NCBI GenBank assembly: GCA_040954595.2
Contig: CM082593.2
Coordinates: forward strand, 10,429,477-10,493,476
DNA from: Balanoglossus misakiensis
Taxonomy: Eukaryota > Animalia > Hemichordata
Length of the DNA: 64,000 bases
Direction: 5' to 3'
Position numbers and translations under genes: made by a program. The notes under the pieces are model-generated. The model did no database searches. It saw nothing but the letters and a program-made list of their open reading frames with translations, and had not been told where the DNA came from. Each line of letters begins with the position of its first letter. The first letter of the stretch is position 1. Positions 1-15,000 of the stretch are shown piece by piece.

Positions 1-3000
1 AAAATCTCAAAATTTCGTCGATTTTTGAAAAAAATCATGGGGGAAAATCATGAAAAAATGACAAATTTTCCTCTTTGCAAAATCTCAAAATTTCGTCGAT
101 TTTTAAAAAAAGACATGGGTGAAAATCATCAAAAAATGACAAATTTTGAAAAAAAAACGGGTGAAAATCATCAAAAAATGACACATTTTCGACTTTGCAA
201 AATCTCAAAATTTCGTCGATTTTTGAAAAAAAAACGGGTGAAAATCATCAAAAAATGACAAATTTTGAAAAAAAAACGGGTGAAAATCATCAAAAAATGA
301 CACATTTACGACTTTGCAAAATCTCAAAATTTCGTCGATTTTTGAAAAAAAATCATGGGTGAAAATCATCAAAAAATGAAAATTTTTCGTCTTTGCAAAA
401 TCTCAAAATTTCGTCCATTTTTGAAAAAAAAATCATGGGTAAAAATCATCAAAAATGACAAATTTTCGTCTTTGCAAAATCTCAAAATTTCGTCGATTTT
501 TGAAGAAAATCATGGGTGAAAATCATCAAAAAATGACAAATTTTCGACTTTGCAAAATCTCAAAATTTTTTCGATTTTGAAAAAAAACATGGGTAAAAAT
601 TATCAAAAAATGACAAATTTTCGACTTTGCAAAATCTCAAAATTTCGTAGATTTTTGAAAAAAAACATGGGTAAAAATCATCAAAAAATGACAAATTTTC
701 GACTTTGCAAAATCTCAAAATTTCGTCAATTTTGAATAAAAATCATGGGTGAAAATCATCAAAAAATGACAAATTTTCGACTTTGCAAAATCTCAAAATT
801 TCGTCGATTTTTGAAAAAAAACCGGGTGAAAATCATCAAAAAATGACACATTTACGACTTTGCAAAATCTCAAAATTTCGTCGATTTTTGAAAAAAAATC
901 ATGGGTGAAAATCATCAAAAAATGACAAATTTTCGATTTTGCAAAATCTCAAAATTTCGTCGATTTTTGAAAAAAAACGGGTGAAAATCATCAAAAAATG
1001 ACACATTTTCGTCGACTTTGCAAAATCTCAAAATTTCGTCGATTTTTGAAAAAAATCATGGGTGAAAATCATCAAAAAATGACAAATTTTCGACTTTGCA
1101 AAATCTCAACATTTCGTCAATTTTTGAAAAAATCGTGGGTGAAAATCATCAAAAAATGACAAATTTTCGACTTTGCAAAATCTCAAAATTTCGTCCATTT
1201 TTGAAAAAAAATCATGGGTAAAAATCATCAAAAATGACAAATTTTCGTCTTTGCAAAATCTCAAATTTTCGTCGATTTTTGAAAAAAAATCATGGTTGAA
1301 AATCATCAAAAAATGACAAAATTTTCGACTTTGTAAAATCACAAAATTTCGTCGATTTTGAAAAAAATCATAGGTTCGTCGATTTTTAAAAAAAAAACAT
1401 GGGTGAAAATCATCAAAAAATGACAAATTTTGAAAAAAAAACGGGTGAAAATCATCAAAAAAATGACACATTTTCGTCGACTTTGCAAAATCTCAAAATT
1501 TCGTCGATTTTTGAAAAAAATCATGAGGGAAAATCATGAAAAAATGACAAATTTTCCTCTTTGCAAAATTACAAAATTTCGTCGATTTTTAAAAAAAGAC
1601 ATGGGTGAAAATCATGAAAAAATGACAAATTTTCGTCTTTGCAAAATCTCAAAATTTCGTCCATCTTTGAAAAAAATCATGGGTGAAAATCATCAAAAAA
1701 TGACAAATTTTCGACTTTGCAAAATCTCAACATTTCGTCAATTTTTGAAAAAATCGTGGGTGAAAATCATCAAAAAATGACAAATTTTCGACTTTGCAAA
1801 ATCTCAAAATTTCGTCGATTTTTGAAAAAAATCATGGGGGAAAATCATGAAAAAATGACAAATTTTCCTCTCTGCAAAATCTCAAAATTTCGTCGATTTT
1901 TGAAAAAAAATCTTGGGTGAAAATCATCAAAAAATGACAAATTTTCGTCTTTGCAAAATCTCAAAATTTCGTCCATTTTTGAAAAAAAATCATGGGTAAA
2001 AATCATCAAAAATGACAAATTTTCGTCTTTGCAAAATCTCAAATTTTCGTCGATTTTTGAAAAAAAATCATGGTTGAAAATCATCAAAAAATGACAAAAT
2101 TTTCGACTTTGTAAAATCACAAAATTTCGTCGATTTTGAAAAAAATCATAGGTTCGTCGATTTTTAAAAAAAAAACATGGGTGAAAATCATCAAAAAATG
2201 ACAAATTTTGAAAAAAAAACGGGTGAAAATCATCAAAAAAATGACACATTTTCGTCGACTTTGCAAAATCTCAAAATTTCGTCGATTTTTGAAAAAAATC
2301 ATGGGGGAAAATCATGAAAAAATGACAAATTTTCCTATTTGCAAAATCTCAAAATTTCGTCGATTTTTAAAAAAAGACATGGGTGAAAATCATCAAAAAA
2401 TAACAAATTTTCGACTTTGCAAAATCTCAAAATTTCGTCCATTTTTGAAAAAAAATCATGGGTAAAAATCATCAAAAAATGACAAATTTTCGTCTTTGCA
2501 AAATCTCACAATTTCGTCGATTTTTGAAAAAAATCATGTGTGAAAATCATCAAAAAATGACAAATTTTCGACTTTGCAAAATCTCAAAATTTCGTCAATT
2601 TTTGAAAAAATCATGGGTGAAAATCATCAAAAAATGACAAATTTTCGTCTTTGCAAAATCTCAAAATTTCGTCCATTTTAAAAAAAAAACGGGGGAAAAT
2701 CATCAAAAAATGACAAATTTTCGACTTTGCAAAATCTAAAAATTTCGTCGATTTTTGAAAAAAATCATGGGTGAAAATCATCAAAAAATGACAAATTTTC
2801 GACTTTGCAAAATCTCAAAATTTCGTCGGTTTTTGAAAAATAATATGGGTGAAAATCATCAAAAAATGACAAATTTTCGACTTTGCAAAATCTCAAAATT
2901 TCGTCGGTTTTGAAAAAAATCATGGGTTCGTCGATTTTTTTAAATAAAAACATGGGTGAAAATCATCAAAAAATGACACATTTTCGACTTTGCAAAATCT

Positions 3001-6000
3001 CAAAATTTCGTCGATTTTTGAAAAAAATCATGGGGGAAAATCATGAAAAAAATGACAAATTTTCCTCTTTGCAAAATCTCAAAATTTCGTCGATTTTTAA
3101 AAAAAGACATGGGTGAAAATCATCAAAAAATAACAAATTTTCGACTTTGCAAAATCTCAAAATTTCGTCCATTTTTGAAAAAAAATCATGGGTAAAAATC
3201 ATCAAAAAATGACAAATTTTGAAAAAAAACGGGTGAAAATCATCAAAAAATGACACATTTTCGACTTTGCAAAATCTCAAAATTTCGTCGATTTTTGAAA
3301 AAAATCATGGGGGAAAATCATGAAAAAAATGACAAATTTTCCTCTTTGCAAAATCTCAAAATTTCGTCGGTTTTTGAAAAATAATATGGGTGAAAATCAT
3401 CAAAAAATGACAAATTTTCGACTTTGCAAAATCTCAAAATTTCGTCGGTTTTGAAAAAAATCATGGGTTCGTCGATTTTTTTAAATAAAAACATGGGTGA
3501 AAATCATCAAAAAATGACACATTTTCGACTTTGCAAAATCTCAAAATTTCGTCGATTTTTGAAAAAAATCATGGGGGAAAATCATGAAAAAAATGACAAA
3601 TTTTCCTCTTTGCAAAATCTCAAAATTTCGTCGATTTTTAAAAAAAGACATGGGTGAAAATCATCAAAAAATAACAAATTTTCGACTTTGCAAAATCTCA
3701 AAATTTCGTCCATTTTTGAAAAAAAATCATGGGTGAAAATCATCAAAAAATGACACATTTTCGTCGACTTTGCAAAATCTCAAAATTTCGTCGATTTTTG
3801 AAAAAAATCATGGGTGAAAATCATCAAAAAATGACACATTTTCGTCGACTTTGCAAAATCTCAAAATTTCGTCGATTTTTGAAAAAAATCATGGGGGAAA
3901 ATCATGAAAAAATGACAAATTTTCCTCTTTGCAAAATCTCAAAATTTCGTCGATTTTTAAAAAAAGACATGGGTGAAAATCATCAAAAAATGACAAATTT
4001 TGAAAAAAAAACGGGTGAAAATCATCAAAAAATGACACATTTTCGACTTTGCAAAATCTCAAAATTTCGTCGATTTTTGAAAAAAAAACGGGTGAAAATC
4101 ATCAAAAAATGACAAATTTTGAAAAAAAAACGGGTGAAAATCATCAAAAAATGACACATTTACGACTTTGCAAAATCTCAAAATTTCGTCGATTTTTGAA
4201 AAAAAATCATGGGTGAAAATCATCAAAAAATGAAAATTTTTCGTCTTTGCAAAATCTCAAAATTTCGTCCATTTTTGAAAAAAAAATCATGGGTAAAAAT
4301 CATCAAAAATGACAAATTTTCGTCTTTGCAAAATCTCAAAATTTCGTCGATTTTTGAAGAAAATCATGGGTGAAAATCATCAAAAAATGACAAATTTTCG
4401 ACTTTGCAAAATCTCAAAATTTTTTCGATTTTTGAAAAAAAACATGGGTAAAAATTATCAAAAAATGACAAATTTTCGACTTTGCAAAATCTCAAAATTT
4501 CGTAGATTTTTGAAAAAAAACATGGGTAAAAATCATCAAAAAATGACAAATTTTCGACTTTGCAAAATCTCAAAATTTCGTCAATTTTGAATAAAAATCA
4601 TGGGTGAAAATCATCAAAAAATGACAAATTTTCGACTTTGCAAAATCTCAAAATTTCGTCGATTTTTGAAAAAAAACCGGGTGAAAATCATCAAAAAATG
4701 ACACATTTACGACTTTGCAAAATCTCAAAATTTCGTCGATTTTTGAAAAAAAATCATGGGTGAAAATCATCAAAAAATGACAAATTTTCGATTTTGCAAA
4801 ATCTCAAAATTTCGTCGATTTTTGAAAAAAAACGGGTGAAAATCATCAAAAAATGACACATTTTCGTCGACTTTGCAAAATCTCAAAATTTCGTCGATTT
4901 TTGAAAAAAATCATGGGTGAAAATCATCAAAAAATGACAAATTTTCGACTTTGCAAAATCTCAACATTTCGTCAATTTTTGAAAAAATCGTGGGTGAAAA
5001 TCATCAAAAAATGACAAATTTTCGACTTTGCAAAATCTCAAAATTTCGTCCATTTTTGAAAAAAAATCATGGGTAAAAATCATCAAAAATGACAAATTTT
5101 CGTCTTTGCAAAATCTCAAATTTTCGTCGATTTTTGAAAAAAAATCATGGTTGAAAATCATCAAAAAATGACAAAATTTTCGACTTTGTAAAATCACAAA
5201 ATTTCGTCGATTTTGAAAAAAATCATAGGTTCGTCGATTTTTAAAAAAAAAAACATGGGTGAAAATCATCAAAAAATGACAAATTTTGAAAAAAAAACGG
5301 GTGAAAATCATCAAAAAAATGACACATTTTCGTCGACTTTGCAAAATCTCAAAATTTCGTCGATTTTTGAAAAAAATCATGAGGGAAAATCATGAAAAAA
5401 TGACAAATTTTCCTCTTTGCAAAATTACAAAATTTCGTCGATTTTTAAAAAAAGACATGGGTGAAAATCATGAAAAAATGACAAATTTTCGTCTTTGCAA
5501 AATCTCAAAATTTCGTCCATCTTTGAAAAAAATCATGGGTGAAAATCATCAAAAAATGACAAATTTTCGACTTTGCAAAATCTCAACATTTCGTCAATTT
5601 TTGAAAAAATCGTGGGTGAAAATCATCAAAAAATGACAAATTTTCGACTTTGCAAAATCTCAAAATTTCGTCGATTTTTGAAAAAAATCATGGGGGAAAA
5701 TCATGAAAAAATGACAAATTTTCCTCTCTGCAAAATCTCAAAATTTCGTCGATTTTTGAAAAAAAATCTTGGGTGAAAATCATCAAAAAATGACAAATTT
5801 TCGTCTTTGCAAAATCTCAAAATTTCGTCCATTTTTGAAAAAAAATCATGGGTAAAAATCATCAAAAATGACAAATTTTCGTCTTTGCAAAATCTCAAAT
5901 TTTCGTCGATTTTTGAAAAAAAATCATGGTTGAAAATCATCAAAAAATGACAAAATTTTCGACTTTGTAAAATCACAAAATTTCGTCGATTTTGAAAAAA

Positions 6001-9000
6001 ATCATAGGTTCGTCGATTTTTAAAAAAAAAACATGGGTGAAAATCATCAAAAAATGACAAATTTTGAAAAAAAAAACGGGTGAAAATCATCAAAAAAATG
6101 ACACATTTTCGTCGACTTTGCAAAATCTCAAAATTTCGTCGATTTTTGAAAAAAATCATGGGGGAAAATCATGAAAAAATGACAAATTTTCCTCTTTGCA
6201 AAATCTCAAAATTTCGTCGATTTTTAAAAAAAGACATGGGTGAAAATCATCAAAAAATAACAAATTTTCGACTTTGCAAAATCTCAAAATTTCGTCCATT
6301 TTTGAAAAAAAATCATGGGTAAAAATCATCAAAAAATGACAAATTTTCGTCTTTGCAAAATCTCACAATTTCGTCGATTTTTGAAAAAAATCATGTGTGA
6401 AAATCATCAAAAAATGACAAATTTTCGACTTTGCAAAATCTCAAAATTTCGTCAATTTTTGAAAAAATCATGGGTGAAAATCATCAAAAAATAACAAATT
6501 TTCGTCTTTGCAAAATCTCAAAATTTCGTCCATTTTAAAAAAAAACGGGGGAAAATCATCAAAAAATGACAAATTTTCGACTTTGCAAAATCTAAAAATT
6601 TCGTCGATTTTTGAAAAAAATCATGGGTGAAAATCATCAAAAAATGACAAATTTTCGACTTTGCAAAATCTCAAAATTTCGTCGGTTTTTGAAAAATAAT
6701 ATGGGTGAAAATCATCAAAAAATGACAAATTTTCGACTTTGCAAAATCTCAAAATTTCGTCGGTTTTGAAAAAAATCATGGGTTCGTCGATTTTTTTAAA
6801 TAAAAACATGGGTGAAAATCATCAAAAAATGACACATTTTCGACTTTGCAAAATCTCAAAATTTCGTCGATTTTTGAAAAAAATCATGGGGGAAAATCAT
6901 GAAAAAAATGACAAATTTTCCTCTTTGCAAAATCTCAAAATTTCGTCGATTTTTAAAAAAAGACATGGGTGAAAATCATCAAAAAATAACAAATTTTCGA
7001 CTTTGCAAAATCTCAAAATTTCGTCCATTTTTGAAAAAAAATCATGGGTAAAAATCATCAAAAAATGACAAATTTTGAAAAAAAACGGGTGAAAATCATC
7101 AAAAAATGACACATTTTCGACTTTGCAAAATCTCAAAATTTCGTCGATTTTTGAAAAAAATCATGGGGGAAAATCATGAAAAAAATGACAAATTTTCCTC
7201 TTTGCAAAATCTCAAAATTTCGTCGGTTTTTGAAAAATAATATGGGTGAAAATCATCAAAAAATGACAAATTTTCGACTTTGCAAAATCTCAAAATTTCG
7301 TCGGTTTTGAAAAAAATCATGGGTTCGTCGATTTTTTTAAATAAAAACATGGGTGAAAATCATCAAAAAATGACACATTTTCGACTTTGCAAAATCTCAA
7401 AATTTCGTCGATTTTTGAAAAAAATCATGGGGGAAAATCATGAAAAAAATGACAAATTTTCCTCTTTGCAAAATCTCAAAATTTCGTCGATTTTTAAAAA
7501 AAGACATGGGTGAAAATCATCAAAAAATAACAAATTTTCGACTTTGCAAAATCTCAAAATTTCGTCCATTTTTGAAAAAAAATCATGGGTAAAAATCATC
7601 AAAAAATGACAAATTTTGAAAAAAAACGGGTGAAAATCATCAAAAAAATGACACATTTTCGACTTTGCAAAATCTCAAAATTTCGTCGATTTTTGAAAAA
7701 AAATCATGGGTGAAAATCATCAAAAAATGACAAATTTTCGTCTTTGCAAAATCTCAAAATTTCGTCCATTTCTGAAAAAAAATTATGGGTAAAAATCATC
7801 AAAAATGACAAATTTTCATCTTTGCAAAATCTCAAATTTTCGTCGATTTTTGAAAAAAAATCATTGTTGAAAATCATCAAAAAATGACAAAATTTTCGAC
7901 TTTGCAAAATCTCAAAATTTCGACGATTTTTGAAAAAAATCATGGGGGAAAATCATGAAAAAATGACAAATTTTCGTCTTTGTAAAATCTCAAAATTTCG
8001 TCCATCTTTGAAAAAAAATCATGGGTGAAAATCATCAAAAAATGACAAATTTTCGACTTTGCAAAATCTCAACATTTCGTCAATTTTTGAAAAAATCGTG
8101 GGTGAAAATCATCAAAAAATGACAAATTTTCGACTTTGCAAAATCTCAAAATTTCGTCGATTTTTGAAAAAAATCATGGGGGAAAATCATGAAAAAATGA
8201 CAAATTTTCCTCTCTGCAAAATCTCAAAATTTCGTCGATTTTTGAAAAAAAATCTTGGGTGAAAATCATCAAAAAATGACAAATTTTCGTCTTTGCAAAA
8301 TCTCAAAATTTCGTCCATTTTTGAAAAAAAATCATGGGTAAAAATCATCAAAAATGACAAATTTTCGTCTTTGCAAAATCTCAAATTTTCGTCGATTTTT
8401 GAAAAAAAATCATGGTTGAAAATCATCAAAAAATGACAAAATTTTCGACTTTGTAAAATCACAAAATTTCGTCGATTTTGAAAAAAATCATAGGTTCGTC
8501 GATTTTTAAAAAAAAAACATGGGTGAAAATCATCAAAAAATGACAAATTTTGAAAAAAAACGGGTGAAAATCATCAAAAAAAATGACACATTTTCGTCGA
8601 CTTTGCAAAATCTCAAAATTTCGTCGATTTTTGAAAAAAATCATGGGGGAAAATCATGAAAAAATGACAAATTTTCCTCTTTGCAAAATCTCAAAATTTC
8701 GTCGATTTTTAAAAAAAGACATGGGTGAAAATCATCAAAAAATAACAAATTTTCGACTTTGCAAAATCTCAAAATTTCGTCCATTTTTGAAAAAAAATCA
8801 TGGGTAAAAATCATCAAAAAATGACAAATTTTCGTCTTTGCAAAATCTCACAATTTCGTCGATTTTTGAAAAAAATCATGTGTGAAAATCATCAAAAAAT
8901 GACAAATTTTCGACTTTGCAAAATCTCAAAATTTCGTCAATTTTTGAAAAAATCATGGGTGAAAATCATCAAAAAATGACAAATTTTCGTCTTTGCAAAA

Positions 9001-12000
9001 TCTCAAAATTTCGTCCATTTAAAAAAAAAAACGGGGGAAAATCATCAAAAAATGACAAATTTTCGACTTTGCAAAATCTAAAAATTTCGTCGATTTTTGA
9101 AAAAAATCATGGGTGAAAATCATCAAAAAATGACAAATTTTCGACTTTGCAAAATCTCAAAATTTCGTCGGTTTTTGAAAAATAATATGGGTGAAAATCA
9201 TCAAAAAATGACAAATTTTCGACTTTGCAAAATCTCAAAATTTCGTCGGTTTTGAAAAAAATCATGGGTTCGTCGATTTTTTTAAATAAAAACATGGGTG
9301 AAAATCATCAAAAAATGACACATTTTCGACTTTGCAAAATCTCAAAATTTCGTCGATTTTTGAAAAAAATCATGGGGGAAAATCATGAAAAAAATGACAA
9401 ATTTTCCTCTTTGCAAAATCTCAAAATTTCGTCGATTTTTAAAAAAAGACATGGGTGAAAATCATCAAAAAATAACAAATTTTCGACTTTGCAAAATCTC
9501 AAAATTTCGTCCATTTTTGAAAAAAAATCATGGGTAAAAATCATCAAAAAATGACAAATTTTGAAAAAAAACGGGTGAAAATCATCAAAAAATGACACAT
9601 TTTCGACTTTGCAAAATCTCAAAATTTCGTCGATTTTTGAAAAAAAATCATGGGTGAAAATCATCAAAAAATGACAAATTTTCGTCTTTGCAAAATCTCA
9701 AAATTTCGTCCATTTCTGAAAAAAAATTATGGGTAAAAATCATCAAAAATGACAAATTTTCATCTTTGCAAAATCTCAAATTTTCGTCGATTTTTGAAAA
9801 AAAATCATTGTTGAAAATCATCAAAAAATGACAAAATTTTCGACTTTGCAAAATCTCAAAATTTCGACGATTTTTGAAAAAAATCATGGGGGAAAATCAT
9901 GAAAAAATGACAAATTTTCGTCTTTGCAAAATCTCAAAATTTCGTCCATCTTTGAAAAAAATCATGGGTGAAAATCATCAAAAAATGACAAATTTTCGAC
10001 TTTGCAAAATCTCAACATTTCGTCAATTTTTGAAAAAAATCATGGGGGAAAATCATGAAAAAATGACAAATTTTCCTCTCTGCAAAATCTCAAAATTTCG
10101 TCGATTTTTGAAAAAAAATCTTGGGTGAAAATCATCAAAAAATGACAAATTTTCGTCTTTGCAAAATCTCAAAATTTCGTCCATTTTTGAAAAAAAATCA
10201 TGGGTAAAAATCATCAAAAATGACAAATTTTCGTCTTTGCAAAATCTCAAATTTTCGTCGATTTTTGAAAAAAAATCATGGTTGAAAATCATCAAAAAAT
10301 GACAAAATTTTCGACTTTGTAAAATCACAAAATTTCGTCGATTTTGAAAAAAATCATAGGTTCGTCGATTTTTAAAAAAAAAACATGGGTGAAAATCATC
10401 CAAAAATGACAAATTTTGAAAAAAAAACGGGTGAAAATCATCAAAAAAATGACACATTTTCGTCGACTTTGCAAAATCTCAAAATTTCGTCGATTTTTGA
10501 AAAAAATCATGGGGGAAAATCATGAAAAAATGACAAATTTTCCTCTTTGCAAAATCTCATAATTTCGTCGATTTTTAAAAAAAGACATGGGTGAAAATCA
10601 TCAAAAAATATCAAATTTTCGACTTTGCAAAATCTCAAAATTTCGTCCATTTTTGAAAAAAAAATCATGGGTAAAAATCATCAAAAAATGACAAATTTTC
10701 GTCTTTGCAAAATCTCACAATTTCGTCGATTTTTGAAAAAAATCATGTGTGAAAATCATCAAAAAATGACAAATTTTCGACTTTGCAAAATCTCAAAATT
10801 TCGTCAATTTTTGAAAAAAATCATGGGTGAAAATCATCAAAAAATGACAAATTTTCGTCTTTGCAAAATCTCAAAATTTCGTCCATTTTAAAAAAAAAAC
10901 GGGGGAAAATCATCAAAAAATGACAAATTTTCGACTTTGCAAAATCTAAAAATTTCGTCGATTTTTGAAAAAAATCATGGGTGAAAATCATCAAAAAATG
11001 ACAAATTTTCGACTTTGCAAAATCTCAAAATTTCGTCGGTTTTTGAAAAAATAATATGGGTGAAAATCATCAAAAAATGACAAATTTTCGACTTTGCAAA
11101 ATCTCAAAATTTCGTCGGTTTTGAAAAAAATCATGGGTTCGTCGATTTTTTTAAATAAAAACATGGGTGAAAATCATCAAAAAATGACACATTTTCGACT
11201 TTGCAAAATCTCAAAATTTCGTCGATTTTTGAAAAAAATCATGGGGGAAAATCATGAAAAAAATGACAAATTTTCCTCTTTGCAAAATCTCAAAATTTCG
11301 TCGATTTTTAAAAAAAGACATGGGTGAAAATCATCAAAAAATAACAAATTTTCGACTTTGCAAAATCTCAAAATTTCGTCCATTTTTGAAAAAAAATCAT
11401 GGGTAAAAATCATCAAAAAATGACAAATTTTGAAAAAAAACGGGTGAAAATCATCAAAAAATGACACATTTTCGACTTTGCAAAATCTCAAAATTTCGTC
11501 GATTTTTGAAAAAAATCATGGGGGAAAATCATGAAAAAAATGACAAATTTTCCTCTTTGCAAAATCTCAAAATTTCGTCGGTTTTTGAAAAATAATATGG
11601 GTGAAAATCATCAAAAAATGACAAATTTTCGACTTTGCAAAATCTCAAAATTTCGTCGGTTTTGAAAAAAATCATGGGTTCGTCGATTTTTTTAAATAAA
11701 AACATGGGTGAAAATCATCAAAAAATGACACATTTTCGACTTTGCAAAATCTCAAAATTTCGTCGATTTTTGAAAAAAATCATGGGGGAAAATCATGAAA
11801 AAAATGACAAATTTTCCTCTTTGCAAAATCTCAAAATTTCGTCGATTTTTAAAAAAAGACATGGGTGAAAATCATCAAAAAATAACAAATTTTCGACTTT
11901 GCAAAATCTCAAAATTTCGTCCATTTTTGAAAAAAAATCATGGGTAAAAATCATCAAAAAATGACAAATTTTGAAAAAAAACGGGTGAAAATCATCAAAA

Positions 12001-15000
12001 AATGACACATTTTCGACTTTGCAAAATCTCAAAATTTCGTCGATTTTTGAAAAAAAATCATGGGTGAAAATCATCAAAAAATGACAAATTTTCGTCTTTG
12101 CAAAATCTCAAAATTTCGTCCATTTCTGAAAAAAAATTATGGGTAAAAATCATCAAAAATGACAAATTTTCATCTTTGCAAAATCTCAAATTTTCGTCGA
12201 TTTTTGAAAAAAAATCATTGTTGAAAATCATCAAAAAATGACAAAATTTTCGACTTTGCAAAATCTCAAAATTTCGACGATTTTTGAAAAAAATCATGGG
12301 GGAAAATCATGAAAAAATGACAAATTTTCGTCTTTGTAAAATCTCAAAATTTCGTCCATCTTTGAAAAAAATCATGGGTGAAAATCATCAAAAAATGACA
12401 AATTTTCGACTTTGCAAAATCTCAACATTTCGTCAATTTTTGAAAAAATCGTGGGTGAAAATCATCAAAAAATGACAAATTTTCGACTTTGCAAAATCTC
12501 AAAATTTCGTCGATTTTTGAAAAAAATCATGGGGGAAAATCATGAAAAAATGACAAATTTTCCTCTCTGCAAAATCTCAAAATTTCGTCGATTTTTGAAA
12601 AAAAATCTTGGGTGAAAATCATCAAAAAATGACAAATTTTCGTCTTTGCAAAATCTCAAAATTTCGTCCATTTTTGAAAAAAAATCATGGGTAAAAATCA
12701 TCAAAAATGACAAATTTTCGTCTTTGCAAAATCTCAAATTTTCGTCGATTTTTGAAAAAAAATCATGGTTGAAAATCATCAAAAAATGACAAAATTTTCG
12801 ACTTTGTAAAATCACAAAATTTCGTCGATTTTGAAAAAAATCATAGGTTCGTCGATTTTTAAAAAAAAAACATGGGTGAAAATCATCAAAAAATGACAAA
12901 TTTTGAAAAAAAAACGGGTGAAAATCATCAAAAAAATGACACATTTTCGTCGACTTTGCAAAATCTCAAAATTTCGTCGATTTTTGAAAAAAATCATGGG
13001 GGAAAATCATGAAAAAATGACAAATTTTCCTCTTTGCAAAATCTCAAAATTTCGTCGATTTTTAAAAAAAGACATGGGTGAAAATCATCAAAAAATAACA
13101 AATTTTCGACTTTGCAAAATCTCAAAATTTCGTCCATTTTTGAAAAAAAATCATGGGTAAAAATCATCAAAAAATGACAAATTTTCGTCTTTGCAAAATC
13201 TCACAATTTCGTCGATTTTTGAAAAAAATCATGTGTGAAAATCATCAAAAAATGACAAATTTTCGACTTTGCAAAATCTCAAAATTTCGTCAATTTTTGA
13301 AAAAATCATGGGTGAAAATCATCAAAAAATGACAAATTTTCGTCTTTGCAAAATCTCAAAATTTCGTCCATTTAAAAAAAAAAACGGGGGAAAATCATCA
13401 AAAAATGACAAATTTTCGACTTTGCAAAATCTAAAAATTTCGTCGATTTTTGAAAAAAATCATGGGTGAAAATCATCAAAAAATGACAATTTTCGACTTT
13501 GCAAAATCTCAAAATTTCGTCGGTTTTTGAAAAATAATATGGGTGAAAATCATCAAAAAATGACAAATTTTCGACTTTGCAAAATCTCAAAATTTCGTCG
13601 GTTTTGAAAAAAATCATGGGTTCGTCGATTTTTTTAAAAAAAAACATGGGTGAAAATCATCAAAAAATGACACATTTTCGACTTTGCAAAATCTCAAAAT
13701 TTCGTCGATTTTTGAAAAAAATCATGGGGGAAAATCATGAAAAAAATGACAAATTTTCCTCTTTGCAAAATCTCAAAATTTCGTCGATTTTTAAAAAAAG
13801 ACATGGGTGAAAATCATCAAAAAATAACAAATTTTCGACTTTGCAAAATCTCAAAATTTCGTCCATTTTTGAAAAAAAATCATGGGTAAAAATCATCAAA
13901 AAATGACAAATTTTGAAAAAAAACGGGTGAAAATCATCAAAAAATGACACATTTTCGACTTTGCAAAATCTCAAAATTTCGTCGATTTTTGAAAAAAAAT
14001 CATGGGTGAAAATCATCAAAAAATGACAAATTTTCGTCTTTGCAAAATCTCAAAATTTCGTCCATTTCTGAAAAAAAATTATGGGTAAAAATCATCAAAA
14101 ATGACAAATTTTCATCTTTGCAAAATCTCAAATTTTCGTCGATTTTTGAAAAAAAATCATTGTTGAAAATCATCAAAAAATGACAAAATTTTCGACTTTG
14201 CAAAATCTCAAAATTTCGACGATTTTTGAAAAAAATCATGGGGGAAAATCATGAAAAAATGACAAATTTTCGTCTTTGTAAAATCTCAAAATTTCGTCGA
14301 TTTTTGAAAAAAATCATGGGGGAAAATCATGAAAAAATGACAAATTTTCCTCTCTGCAAAATCTCAAAATTTCGTCGATTTTTGAAAAAAAATCTTGGGT
14401 GAAAATCATCAAAAAATGACAAATTTTCGTCTTTGCAAAATCTCAAAATTTCGTCCATTTTTGAAAAAAAATCATGGGTAAAAATCATCAAAAATGACAA
14501 ATTTTCGTCTTTGCAAAATCTCAAATTTTCGTCGATTTTTGAAAAAAAATCATGGTTGAAAATCATCAAAAAATGACAAAATTTTCGACTTTGTAAAATC
14601 ACAAAATTTCGTCGATTTTGAAAAAAATCATAGGTTCGTCGATTTTTAAAAAAAAAACATGGGTGAAAATCATCAAAAAATGACAAATTTTGAAAAAAAA
14701 ACGGGTGAAAATCATCAAAAAAATGACACATTTTCGTCGACTTTGCAAAATCTCAAAATTTCGTCGATTTTTGAAAAAAATCATGGGGGAAAATCATGAA
14801 AAAATGACAAATTTTCCTCTTTGCAAAATCTCAAAATTTCGTCGATTTTTAAAAAAAGACATGGGTGAAAATCATCAAAAAATAACAAATTTTCGACTTT
14901 GCAAAATCTCAAAATTTCGTCCATTTTTGAAAAAAAATCATGGGTAAAAATCATCAAAAAATGACAAATTTTCGTCTTTGCAAAATCTCACAATTTCGTC